Of a stretch of 64,000 bases of DNA, positions 20,109 to 28,992 are shown one piece after another. The notes beneath the pieces were generated by a model. It saw only the letters and a program-made list of their open reading frames with translations. It made no database searches and was not told the origin of the DNA. The DNA lies in NCBI GenBank assembly GCA_944323475.1, contig CALUSQ010000004.1, positions 36,270 through 100,269 on the forward strand, in the 5' to 3' direction. Numbering within the stretch: position 1 is the stretch's first letter; each line of letters starts with the position of its first letter. The position numbers and the translations under genes were made by a program. Origin of the DNA: Candidatus Gastranaerophilales bacterium. GTDB taxonomy: Bacteria; Cyanobacteriota; Vampirovibrionia; Gastranaerophilales; Gastranaerophilaceae.

Positions 20109-21425
20109 ATGTCTGAAAATACTGAAAATCAAAACAAAACAGACATTATTGTTGTAGGAGCAGGACCTGCAGGAGTAAGTGCAGCAATTACCGCAGCAAG
20201 AGGCGGAAAAAAAGTTGTACTTGTTGAAAGAGGTTCTTTTGCAGGTGCAAAAAATATGTACGGCGGAGTAATATACTCTCATGCGGCAAAAGAAATTTTT
20301 CCAAATTTTTTAGAAGAAGCACCTATCGAACGATTTGTTAAAAACCACAGTTTTGTACTGCTTTCTGATGACAATTCTTCTACAACTATAAACTATCAAA
20401 ATCCCTCAAATCAAAAAGATTCTTTTGTTGCAATAAGAGCAAAATGGGATAAATGGTGTGTTGAACAAGCCGAAAAAGAAGGCGTTTATTTTGCACCAAA
20501 TACACTTGTAAAAGAATTAATAGTCGATAACGGCAAAGTTGTAGGAATAAAAACAGATATAGAAGAATACTATGCAGATATTGTTATTATAGCTGATGGA
20601 GTAAACTCTCTTTTGGCTAAACAACTAAAACTTCGCAATGATTTAAAACCCAAAAATGTCGTTCTTGGTGTAAAAGAAGTTATAAAACTCTCACCAGATA
20701 TTATAGAAAAACGTCTTGGCTTGCTTCCAAATCAAGGTTCTGCCATAGAAATTTTAGGTGGTCCTTTTGCAGGAATGTTTGCACTCGGTTTTATTTATAC
20801 AAATAAAGATTCATTGGTAGTAGGTTTTGGTGCTTCTTTAGAAGATTTAAAAAACAAAAAAATAAAACCCTATGATTTGTTAGAAGAAATAAAGAAACAT
20901 CCTTTTGTGGCAAATTTGATAGAAAACGGAGAACTTCTTGAATATTCTGCACACCTTATTCCGGAAGGCGGATATGATTCAATACCTACCTTATACACAA
21001 ATGGTGCTATGGTCATTGGTGATGCAGCGATGCTTGTTAATAATGTTCATTTTGAAGGAACAAATTTTGCAATGATAAGCGGCAAATTAGCTGCAGAAAC
21101 AGCTTTGGATGCTTTTGAAAACAATGATTTTTCTTCAAATCAGCTTTGTCTTTACAAAAAGAAATTATTAAACAGTTTTATTTTAAAAGATTTAAAAACA
21201 TACAAAGATGTTGTAAAAATATTAACTCAGAGATCATCTTCTTTTATGGGATATTATCCTCAAAAAATTAATGAATTTTTCAATATTTTCACAACCGCAG
21301 ACGGTCAACCCAAAAAGACAAAATTTAGAAATTTTGCCAAAAACTTTTTCAAAAAAAGAAGTCTTTCCGAACTTTTTTATGATGCAATTGCAGGTATAAA
21401 ATTGATTTTTGGCATTTTAAAATAA
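20109..21425 (+). CDS. fixC: FAD-dependent oxidoreductase, FixC / ETF-quinone oxidoreductase-like
   Basis: 438 aa. DIIVVGAGPAGVSAAITAARGGKKVVLVERG dinucleotide fold. Followed by a FixX-like ferredoxin of canonical size. Confidence 0.8.
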   Translation: MSENTENQNKTDIIVVGAGPAGVSAAITAARGGKKVVLVERGSFAGAKNMYGGVIYSHAAKEIFPNFLEEAPIERFVKNHSFVLLSDDNSSTTINYQNPSNQKDSFVAIRAKWDKWCVEQAEKEGVYFAPNTLVKELIVDNGKVVGIKTDIEEYYADIVIIADGVNSLLAKQLKLRNDLKPKNVVLGVKEVIKLSPDIIEKRLGLLPNQGSAIEILGGPFAGMFALGFIYTNKDSLVVGFGASLEDLKNKKIKPYDLLEEIKKHPFVANLIENGELLEYSAHLIPEGGYDSIPTLYTNGAMVIGDAAMLVNNVHFEGTNFAMISGKLAAETALDAFENNDFSSNQLCLYKKKLLNSFILKDLKTYKDVVKILTQRSSSFMGYYPQKINEFFNIFTTADGQPKKTKFRNFAKNFFKKRSLSELFYDAIAGIKLIFGILK

Positions 21426-21437
21426 GGGTTTTAAAGT

Positions 21438-21725
21438 ATGGATAAAAAAATACCTGAAAAAATTGAAGACAAATTATTTAAACTAAAATATATCACAGAC
21501 AATCAGTGTCACTTAAACCCTGATTCGTTAAAATGCTTGCAATGTCAAGAAAAAACCTGTACAATTATATGTCCGGCAAATGTTTACAGTTATAATGAAA
21601 CAGAAAAAAAACTTACTGTAAGTTATGAAAAATGTCTAGAATGCGGAGCATGCAGAATCGCTTGTAAACACATTGACTGGGTTTACCCAAAAAGCGGCAA
21701 AGGCGTAATTTTTAAAAGATCATAA
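21438..21725 (+). CDS. fixX: ferredoxin-like protein FixX
   Basis: 95 aa, the canonical FixX length. Contains CPANVY and CLECGACRIAC cluster motifs. Confidence 0.75.
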   Translation: MDKKIPEKIEDKLFKLKYITDNQCHLNPDSLKCLQCQEKTCTIICPANVYSYNETEKKLTVSYEKCLECGACRIACKHIDWVYPKSGKGVIFKRS

Positions 21726-21767
21726 GACAGCAAAAATACTAAAAAATAGCAATAAAAGGAGAGAGGT

Positions 21768-22151
21768 ATGAAAGAAGAATACAGCGAAAACTACCGCAGA
21801 TGGTATGACAAAGATCCTCTTTTGTCAAAAACTATGCATACATTGGAAAATTCTGATGATGAAACACAAATTAAAGTTGCATTAAATCTTATCAAAATCT
21901 TGATTGAACACAATATTCAAGAAAATACATTTACAGGCGTAGAAGATATGTTATCAGCTGTAGAAGACGGTCTTGTAGAAAGAGGAAACAACAGATGGTA
22001 TGATTTGGATAGTACTGTTAGAACAGCTATTAACATGTTAGAAAACAGTCCTCTTCCGGTTCAAAAAGCAGTTGCTAAAGAAATGGCAAAAATGGTTGTA
22101 GATAAAATAAAAGAAGACAAAGACGAAGAAGAAGCCGAAGAAGAACTCTAA
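21768..22151 (+). CDS. hypothetical acidic protein (two RWYD motifs, poly-E/D tail)
   Basis: 127-aa ORF with an AGGAGAGAGG RBS upstream. No family recognised. Confidence 0.6.
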   Translation: MKEEYSENYRRWYDKDPLLSKTMHTLENSDDETQIKVALNLIKILIEHNIQENTFTGVEDMLSAVEDGLVERGNNRWYDLDSTVRTAINMLENSPLPVQKAVAKEMAKMVVDKIKEDKDEEEAEEEL

Positions 22152-22188
22152 AAATCTTTTTCAATAACCGGAAAATCCGGACTAAAAA

Positions 22189-24573
22189 ATGAACAAAATT
22201 TGGAAATTAAAAGAAAATAAAAAACCATCACAAGAAATAATAAACACAGCAGGAAACGAACTTCTTGCAGAATTGTTGCTGCAAAGAGGTCTTGATACCG
22301 TTCAAAAAATTACAAACTTTTTAAATCCGTCAAAAATGAAAATAACCTCTCCGTTTGTTTTTACGGATATGAAAAAAGCTGTATCAAGAATTTTTGATGC
22401 AATTGAAAAACAAGAAAAAATTATTGTTTACGGTGATTTTGATGCCGATGGAGTAACATCTACAGCGCTTCTTTTTAAAACACTTTCTCATCTTGGAGCA
22501 AATGTAGAATATTACATTCCAAACAGAGAAAAAGAAAACCATGGACTTAATACAAAAGCGCTTGTAAAACTAATTTCCAAACACAAAGCAAAACTTATCA
22601 TTACTGTAGATTGTGGTGTAAGTGATGTTGAGCAGGTAAGTTTTTCAAAGCAATTTAAAACAGATGTTATCATAACAGACCACCACGAAGCACCGGAAAA
22701 TCTTCCTAATGCTTTTGCAATAATTAATCCAAAAGCTATAAATGCTCTTGAAAAAGATTTGTCTATCGAAGAAATTGAATCATTGAATGAACTTGCAGGA
22801 GTAGGAGTTGCTTTTAAACTTGCTTGTGCTCTTTTGGAAGAAAAAAAAGATTACGACTTTGCCCAAGATCTTTTGCCTTTCGTTGCACTTGGCACAATTG
22901 CCGATGTTGTTCCGGTTCTTTATGAAAACAGGGCTTTTGTTTACTCCGGATTAAAACTTATAGAAAACGGTAAACATTATGGAATAACAAAACTTTTAGA
23001 ATCATGCGGTTATGAAATAAAAAATGGTATTTCATCAGAAAATATTGCTTTTGGTGTTGCACCAAGAATCAATGCAGCAGGCCGTTTGGATACTGTTGAT
23101 TGTGCGATAAAATTGCTCATATCAGATAACAAATCTGAAATAGATTTTTGTGTACAAGAATTGAATAACTTAAATCGTATTCGCCAAGATTTGTGTGACA
23201 ATATTTTTTCAGAAGCTGTTACTATGGTTCAAAATGAAACACCTCATAACAGTATTATTTTATATAATCCTCAATGGCATATCGGTATTATCGGTATTGT
23301 TGCATCAAAACTGGTTGAAAAGTTTTACAAACCTGTTTTTTTAATGACAAAAGATCCGAATACAAATCTTATAAGATGTTCTTCAAGAAGTATTCCTGAA
23401 ATACATCTTAGAAATGTAATAGCTGAAAATGAAGAACTTTTTGAATATTTTGGCGGTCATTCTCAAGCTGCAGGATTGGTTTTCGATCCAACAAAAACAA
23501 AATTCGAAACAGTAAAAGAAAAACTTAATAATACAATCTCAAATTATCTTGACGGAAAAAAACTCAATCCATCTATTTTAGTTGATTTAGAATTAAAACC
23601 TCAAGATATTAATCTCGAACTTATAGAAAACATTAACAAACTTGAACCTTTTGCAGAAGGTAACAAAGCCCCTGTTTTTATGACAAAAAACTTGATACTA
23701 AAGTCATACAAAACTATGGGAGCAAACAAAAATCATTTAAAAATTTTTTGTGAAAGTGACAAAACAAATAATTCAAAACCTTTTGAATGTGTTTTTTGGA
23801 ATCATGACAGTTTAAATATTCCTGAAGGCAAAGAGTTTGATATTGTTTTTTCTCCAAAATTAAATGTTTTTAATGAAATTTCAACAATTCAACTAGATTT
23901 ACAGGATATCAAATCAGAATATACTAATAACAATAAAAAAGAAGAAATATCTTCCCCAAAATTGTATGATCACAGAAAAAAAACAGATATTTTAAATCAA
24001 ATTAACGACTATCTTATGAACACAAAAGTTTCAACTTCTGTATTTGCTCAAGATAAAAAAATATGTTCATCCCTAAGCACTTATCCTGAAATACAAACAA
24101 AAATAAAAAACAGAAAAAACATCTCAAAATGTTCGCAAATTATGTTTTTTGATTATCCTGCCTGTGAAAATCAGATGAAAGAAATAATTCAAAAAACAGG
24201 AGCAAATATTTTTCATTTTATGAATTACAACAACAAAAAAATTGATGCTCAAGAATTAATAAAAAATGTATCCGGAATGCTAAAATATGTGGATTCAAAC
24301 AAAAACGGAGAAACAAATATTTTTGATATTTCAAATTTCTTGTCTATTTCTGATGATGTAACCGAGTTGTGTTTAGATATTTTGGAATCACTGGGAATGA
24401 TAAATATTTTGGAAAAAAATAATCAAAATATAAAAATAAAATTCAATCATGCTTTAGAGTTTTCAAAAATTAAAGAAAATGAAATATTTGATGAGTTATT
24501 AAATGAGTTAGAAAATATTTATAACTATAGACAAAAACTTTGTACATTACCTGTAGAAGAAATTTGTTTATAA
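22189..24573 (+). CDS. recJ: single-stranded-DNA-specific exonuclease RecJ with long C-terminal extension
   Basis: 794 aa. DHH motifs YGDFDADGVTS, VDCGVSD, ITDHHE, plus the DHHA1 region GGHSQAAG. Confidence 0.9.
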   Translation: MNKIWKLKENKKPSQEIINTAGNELLAELLLQRGLDTVQKITNFLNPSKMKITSPFVFTDMKKAVSRIFDAIEKQEKIIVYGDFDADGVTSTALLFKTLSHLGANVEYYIPNREKENHGLNTKALVKLISKHKAKLIITVDCGVSDVEQVSFSKQFKTDVIITDHHEAPENLPNAFAIINPKAINALEKDLSIEEIESLNELAGVGVAFKLACALLEEKKDYDFAQDLLPFVALGTIADVVPVLYENRAFVYSGLKLIENGKHYGITKLLESCGYEIKNGISSENIAFGVAPRINAAGRLDTVDCAIKLLISDNKSEIDFCVQELNNLNRIRQDLCDNIFSEAVTMVQNETPHNSIILYNPQWHIGIIGIVASKLVEKFYKPVFLMTKDPNTNLIRCSSRSIPEIHLRNVIAENEELFEYFGGHSQAAGLVFDPTKTKFETVKEKLNNTISNYLDGKKLNPSILVDLELKPQDINLELIENINKLEPFAEGNKAPVFMTKNLILKSYKTMGANKNHLKIFCESDKTNNSKPFECVFWNHDSLNIPEGKEFDIVFSPKLNVFNEISTIQLDLQDIKSEYTNNNKKEEISSPKLYDHRKKTDILNQINDYLMNTKVSTSVFAQDKKICSSLSTYPEIQTKIKNRKNISKCSQIMFFDYPACENQMKEIIQKTGANIFHFMNYNNKKIDAQELIKNVSGMLKYVDSNKNGETNIFDISNFLSISDDVTELCLDILESLGMINILEKNNQNIKIKFNHALEFSKIKENEIFDELLNELENIYNYRQKLCTLPVEEICL

Positions 24574-24726
24574 AATTTTTTGAAACTTTTAAAATTTTTA
24601 TTCGTCTACAAAAAAAATTACTACCGAAAAAGAGAAGATAGGGCTTAGTACTTTTTTCGATATAATTTATTATGCAATTTATGTTATCATATATTTAACC
24701 TGAAAACAGGAAAACGAGGTATAAAA

Positions 24727-25956
24727 TTGAAAAATAATATTAAAAAATACGGATTTATAATACTAACACTGGTTATTGTTTTTATTGCAAATTCTTTGGC
24801 TTTGTCCAGCGGAGTTTTTGCATCTTCTCCACAACAACTCTATGAACAAGTATGGAAACTTATCAACTCAAAATATGTTGACCATACAAACAATCAGCAA
24901 GATTGGAAAAGATGGAGATGCAAATATGATAAAGTCATAAAAACAGATGAAGATGCATATGTAGCAATCCAAACAATGTTAGCCAGTTTGAATGATCCAT
25001 ATACAAAATTTCTTGATCCAAAAGAATTTGCCGAAGAAACAAGTTCTATTAAAGGTTCTTTAAAAGGTATAGGTGTTCAAATAGGTTTAAGGGACGGCAA
25101 ACTTGTTATCATTGCACCAATTGAAGACACCCCCGGAGAAAAAGCCGGTCTTCTTGCAGAAGATGAGATACTTGAAATAGACGGAAAATCAACAAAAGGT
25201 ATAACTATTGATAAAGCAGCAGACCAAATCAGAGGTGAAGAGGGAACTTATGTAACTTTGCTTATTAAAAGAAAAAACCAAGAAAATAAATTATACAAAA
25301 TTCAGCGTGCTGAAATAGAATTGAAATCAGTTTCAACAAAAATTCCTGAAAATGCTGTTTTGGATGATTCTGTAGGATATATAAGACTTAGTTCCTTTAT
25401 TAGTAAAAATGCAACAACAGAATTTGAAAATGCACTTAATCAATACAAAAACAAAAAAGGCTATATAATAGACCTTCGTTCAAATCCTGGAGGTCTTTTG
25501 AGCAATGCTATACTGATATCAGACATGTTCCTTGATGGAGGAATCATTGTAAGCACTGTTGATAGAGACGGTTACAAAGAAACGACAAGAGCAACAAGAA
25601 AATATGTTACTGACAAACCTATTGTTATTTTAATTAACAAAGGTTCTGCTTCAGCTAGTGAAATTTTCTCTGGTGCAATGAAAGACAACAAAAGAGCTCT
25701 TCTTGTCGGAGAAAACAGTTTTGGTAAAGGCCTTGTACAAGAAGTAAACAAATTGCTTGGCGGTTCTGGAGCAAATATTACTATTCAAAAATATCTTACA
25801 CCAAACGGCACTGATATAAACAAAAAAGGCATAGCTCCTGATGTAACCGTTGAACTGACAGAAGAAAATATAAAAAATAAAGATGATGTTCAATTGAAAA
25901 AAGCAAATGAATTGCTTGTACAAATGATAAAAAATCAATCTGTTGCTACAAAATAA
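24727..25956 (+). CDS. ctpA: carboxyl-terminal processing protease (S41 family, PDZ domain)
   Basis: 409 aa, TTG start after GAGG, with a signal/TM segment. DLRSNPGGLL and GSASASEIFSGA (Ser/Lys dyad region). Confidence 0.85.
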   Translation: MKNNIKKYGFIILTLVIVFIANSLALSSGVFASSPQQLYEQVWKLINSKYVDHTNNQQDWKRWRCKYDKVIKTDEDAYVAIQTMLASLNDPYTKFLDPKEFAEETSSIKGSLKGIGVQIGLRDGKLVIIAPIEDTPGEKAGLLAEDEILEIDGKSTKGITIDKAADQIRGEEGTYVTLLIKRKNQENKLYKIQRAEIELKSVSTKIPENAVLDDSVGYIRLSSFISKNATTEFENALNQYKNKKGYIIDLRSNPGGLLSNAILISDMFLDGGIIVSTVDRDGYKETTRATRKYVTDKPIVILINKGSASASEIFSGAMKDNKRALLVGENSFGKGLVQEVNKLLGGSGANITIQKYLTPNGTDINKKGIAPDVTVELTEENIKNKDDVQLKKANELLVQMIKNQSVATK

Positions 25957-25974
25957 AAATATTTACATATAAAA

Positions 25975-26010
25975 ACCTGTGATTTGTTAAAACAATCACA
26001 GGTTTTTTTT
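25975..26010 (+). terminator. rho-independent terminator after ctpA
   Basis: acctgtgatt (25975-25984) pairs with aatcacaggt (25994-26003), followed by T8. Confidence 0.75.
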
Positions 26011-26045
26011 AACTTAAATATGCTAAAATAAAACTTGAGGCAATT

Positions 26046-26495
26046 ATGGACAAAAAAGTAATAGCAAATAACAAAAAAGCTTTTCACGACTATACAATAG
26101 TCGAAAAATATGACGCCGGTCTTGTTCTTACAGGTACTGAAATAAAATCTATCAGACAAGGTGCAATAAACCTCAAGGATGGTTTTGCAAAAATAGAAGA
26201 TGGTGAAGCCTGGTTATACAATGTTCATATTAGTCCATATGAACAAGGTAACAGATACAATCCTGATCCTGACAGAAAAAGAAAACTTCTTTTAAATAAA
26301 AATGAAATTTTAAAAATGTTAGGAAAGGTTAAAAAAGAAAAATATACAATCGTTCCTTTAAATATCTTTTTGGAAAATGGTTGGGCAAAGTGTGAAATAG
26401 CTCTTGCAAAAGGTAAACTTCTCCATGACAAGAGGGAAGACATTGCAAAAAAAGCTATGGATAGAGATATAGCAAGAAATTTTAAAATTAGATAA
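26046..26495 (+). CDS. smpB: SsrA-binding protein
   Basis: 149 aa. [29 protein letters not shown] and HISPYEQGN...RKRKLLL are canonical SmpB. Confidence 0.95.
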   Translation: MDKKVIANNKKAFHDYTIVEKYDAGLVLTGTEIKSIRQGAINLKDGFAKIEDGEAWLYNVHISPYEQGNRYNPDPDRKRKLLLNKNEILKMLGKVKKEKYTIVPLNIFLENGWAKCEIALAKGKLLHDKREDIAKKAMDRDIARNFKIR

Positions 26496-26536
26496 AATAT
26501 AGTTTTAGTTAAAAAAGAAAATCACTGGAGAAAAAA

Positions 26537-27766
26537 TTGCAAAACAATATAGTTTTAATAACGGACAATAAAGAAATAGCAGAAAATATTCAAAAAAAAA
26601 TTGTTTTGCTTCGTGATTCAGACAAATTTGAAACAATTCCTTTAAAAAACTGCTTTGAAGAAGTAAAAAAACAAAAAGCAAATCTTATCATATATCATTT
26701 AACAGAAAATGAAGAAGAAGCAGAAAATTTCTTGAGTTTCTTACAAAAACTAAAACAAACAAAAGAACTTTTTTGTTCATCTGTTCTTCTTCTTTATGAT
26801 GAACTTGATGAAAATGTTTTGTGTGCAGCTTTTGAAAAAGGGCTCACAGACTTTGTTTCAACAAAATCAAGTGATTCGGAATTAACAATAAGAACAATTT
26901 GGTGTTTACAAAAAAGAGAAAAATTATACGAAACAGAAAGCAAAAAAGATATTCTTTCTCAATTAAAAATCATAGACAAAAACAACCATGTTTATACAGA
27001 AAATTATACCTATACCGTATTAAAAGAAGAAAGCAAAAAAAATTGGGGGACTTTTGTTGTTGTTGCTCCTGATATAAATATAAGAAGTAAAATTTCTCCT
27101 ATTGATTTAATGAATATAATCAAAAAAAATGTTCGTACATGCGACATCTTGGGATATGCTTCTGATTTCAAAATATATTTATGGTTTAGAGAAACAAAAA
27201 AAGAAGATGTCTCAAAAATTCTTGAAAAAATAAAATTATCTCTTACTGTAGATTTTACAATCTGTGCAGGATACATAGAAACAAAAAATATTGCCTTCGA
27301 TAAAGCCGAAGAATATGCAAATAATGCTTTATCAAAAGCTCTATTAAAAGGCGATACTTTTATTTATGCAAAAGAACCAAAAACAAATGAAATAAATCTT
27401 GAAGATAATATACAAAATTTTAAACTTCACAAAGAAAACTTTATTAAAAAATTGGGAAATATTTTGTCACCTCTTTTTTATCAAACACAAAAAAGAATAG
27501 AAGAAAAACTTTTTGAAACAACAATAAATCAAAATGTAACAGAAGAAAAAAGTCTTTTTTCTTTAGAAAATGAGCTAGGAAAAAGTCTTTTTACTGTAAC
27601 ATATCCAGGTTTTGCAAAAATTAATATTGAAATTATTCATGATGTAAAAGAAATGGAACTCAAGGCTGAAAAATTATATATAGATACAAAAGAATTGAGC
27701 GAAGAAAAAATAGAATATCTGCTTGATTGTTTTATAAAAGATTTCCAAAACTATACAAATTGCTAA
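26537..27766 (+). CDS. hypothetical protein, receiver-like N-terminus plus degenerate GGDEF-like middle domain
   Basis: 409 aa, TTG start after GGAG. The middle region has GGDEF-domain spacing, but ILGYASDFKIYLWF replaces the RxGGDEF site. The function call is tentative. Confidence 0.5.
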   Translation: MQNNIVLITDNKEIAENIQKKIVLLRDSDKFETIPLKNCFEEVKKQKANLIIYHLTENEEEAENFLSFLQKLKQTKELFCSSVLLLYDELDENVLCAAFEKGLTDFVSTKSSDSELTIRTIWCLQKREKLYETESKKDILSQLKIIDKNNHVYTENYTYTVLKEESKKNWGTFVVVAPDINIRSKISPIDLMNIIKKNVRTCDILGYASDFKIYLWFRETKKEDVSKILEKIKLSLTVDFTICAGYIETKNIAFDKAEEYANNALSKALLKGDTFIYAKEPKTNEINLEDNIQNFKLHKENFIKKLGNILSPLFYQTQKRIEEKLFETTINQNVTEEKSLFSLENELGKSLFTVTYPGFAKINIEIIHDVKEMELKAEKLYIDTKELSEEKIEYLLDCFIKDFQNYTNC

Positions 27767-27779
27767 TAAAGGAGAAATT

Positions 27780-28319
27780 ATGATTAACATAGAAACAACA
27801 AACTCTGTTTTTTTGTTTATTGATATACAAGAAAAATTGGTTAATATGCTTTTAAAAAACAAATGTGCAAAAAAAGCAGAGATTTTGGCCAGATTAGCTA
27901 AAATATTAGGAATAAAATCAATAGTTACAGAACAATATCCTCAAGGTTTGGGTTCTACAATTGCACAAGTAAAATATAGTTTGCCTGATAGTGCAAAGTT
28001 TTTCGAAAAAACAGGTTTCAATGCTCTTTCAACAAGTGGTATTTTAGAATCAATTGGTGAAACAAAAAATGTTTTTATCTTTGGTATAGAAACACACATT
28101 TGTGTTTTTCAAACATCTTTATCTTTGCTGGAAAAAGGATACAATGTTTTTGTTGTAAAAGATGCTTGTGCTTCAAGAGAAACTGATGAATTTAAGGCAG
28201 GAATAAATTTAATGGAAAAAGAAGGTGCAAAAATCTTAACAACAGAAATGGTTGTTTTTGAAATGCTAAAAAGTTCTAAACATCCAAACTTTAAAGAAAT
28301 TCAAGCTCTAATAAAATAA
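27780..28319 (+). CDS. isochorismatase-family cysteine hydrolase
   Basis: 179 aa. FGIETHICVFQTSLSLL and VVKDACASR (catalytic Cys region). Confidence 0.8.
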   Translation: MINIETTNSVFLFIDIQEKLVNMLLKNKCAKKAEILARLAKILGIKSIVTEQYPQGLGSTIAQVKYSLPDSAKFFEKTGFNALSTSGILESIGETKNVFIFGIETHICVFQTSLSLLEKGYNVFVVKDACASRETDEFKAGINLMEKEGAKILTTEMVVFEMLKSSKHPNFKEIQALIK

Positions 28320-28322
28320 AAA

Positions 28323-28637
28323 ATGATATTACAAGAATTTTCAGATTTTTTAAAAGAAAATAAAGAAAAACCAAGTGTTTCATTGCTTTATGCATGGCTA
28401 AAAATAAAAATAGAAAGCCCTGCAAAAACAAATGTAGATAGAATTGTCCAAAAAGAAATTTATATAGCAAAAAACAAACTGGGGACAACTCTTTTTATAG
28501 GAAAATCTCCCAGCGGCAGAAATCTGATAGAAAGTCTTTACAACTTTGCTTTGAGTTTTGAACAACAAAAAATGGCAAGATGGATACATGAAACAAAAGC
28601 AAATGATTTTAAAAATTGTAAAGATAATAATAAATAA
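28323..28637 (+). CDS. hypothetical protein
   Basis: 104-aa ORF tightly following the upstream gene. No family recognised. Confidence 0.5.
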   Translation: MILQEFSDFLKENKEKPSVSLLYAWLKIKIESPAKTNVDRIVQKEIYIAKNKLGTTLFIGKSPSGRNLIESLYNFALSFEQQKMARWIHETKANDFKNCKDNNK

Positions 28638-28643
28638 GCTTTT

Positions 28644-28668
28644 GGGCATGGTTCCATGCTCTTTTTTT
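28644..28668 (+). terminator. rho-independent terminator
   Basis: Palindrome gggcatg-gttc-catgctc followed by T7. Confidence 0.5.
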
Positions 28669-28689
28669 GTATTAACATGTAAAATTTCT

Positions 28690-28975
28690 CTGTTCAAAAC
28701 TTGTTCAAAACTCTATTTTGATTGTTCAAATCTTTGATAGTTTTAAACAGTTTTCTACAAAAAAATATAAAAATAAAAAGTTATTAAAAAGTTTTGAAAA
28801 ATTATGAACAACTTTTCTACAATTTATTTACAATGTTTTGAACAAGTTGAAACCTTTTGTTTGTTTAGTTTATAATAGTTTTAAACAGATTTTTCAATCT
28901 TTATTACTATTATTATTTATATAATATATTTATATATATTAATTTATAAATAAAAAAACAAAAAAACTTTTAAAA
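28690..28975. other. candidate chromosomal replication origin (oriC) upstream of dnaN
   Basis: 355-bp non-coding gap. Contains 2x TTTTCTACA (28751-28759, 28813-28821) and 5 copies of TGTTCA(A/T)A in both orientations (28691, 28702, 28723, 28836-28846 rev, 28803-28812 rev). Also a 14-nt direct repeat ATAGTTTTAAACAG (28737-28750, 28875-28888) and a ~75-bp almost pure A/T tract (28901-28975). Confidence 0.45.
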
Positions 28976-28992
28976 CTGTCGGGAGATAAAAA

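Noticed and set aside
25957-26045. tmRNA (ssrA) next to smpB
   Set aside because: The flanking gaps are under 90 nt and occupied by a terminator or RBS. No tRNA-like acceptor/T-arm (GGTTCGAATCC-type) sequence was seen anywhere in the window.
28690-28900. CRISPR-like or mobile-element repeats in the dnaN upstream gap
   Set aside because: The repeat units are only 8-14 nt, irregularly spaced and in mixed orientation. There are no cas, transposase or integrase genes nearby. The pattern fits protein-binding boxes (an origin or regulatory region) better.
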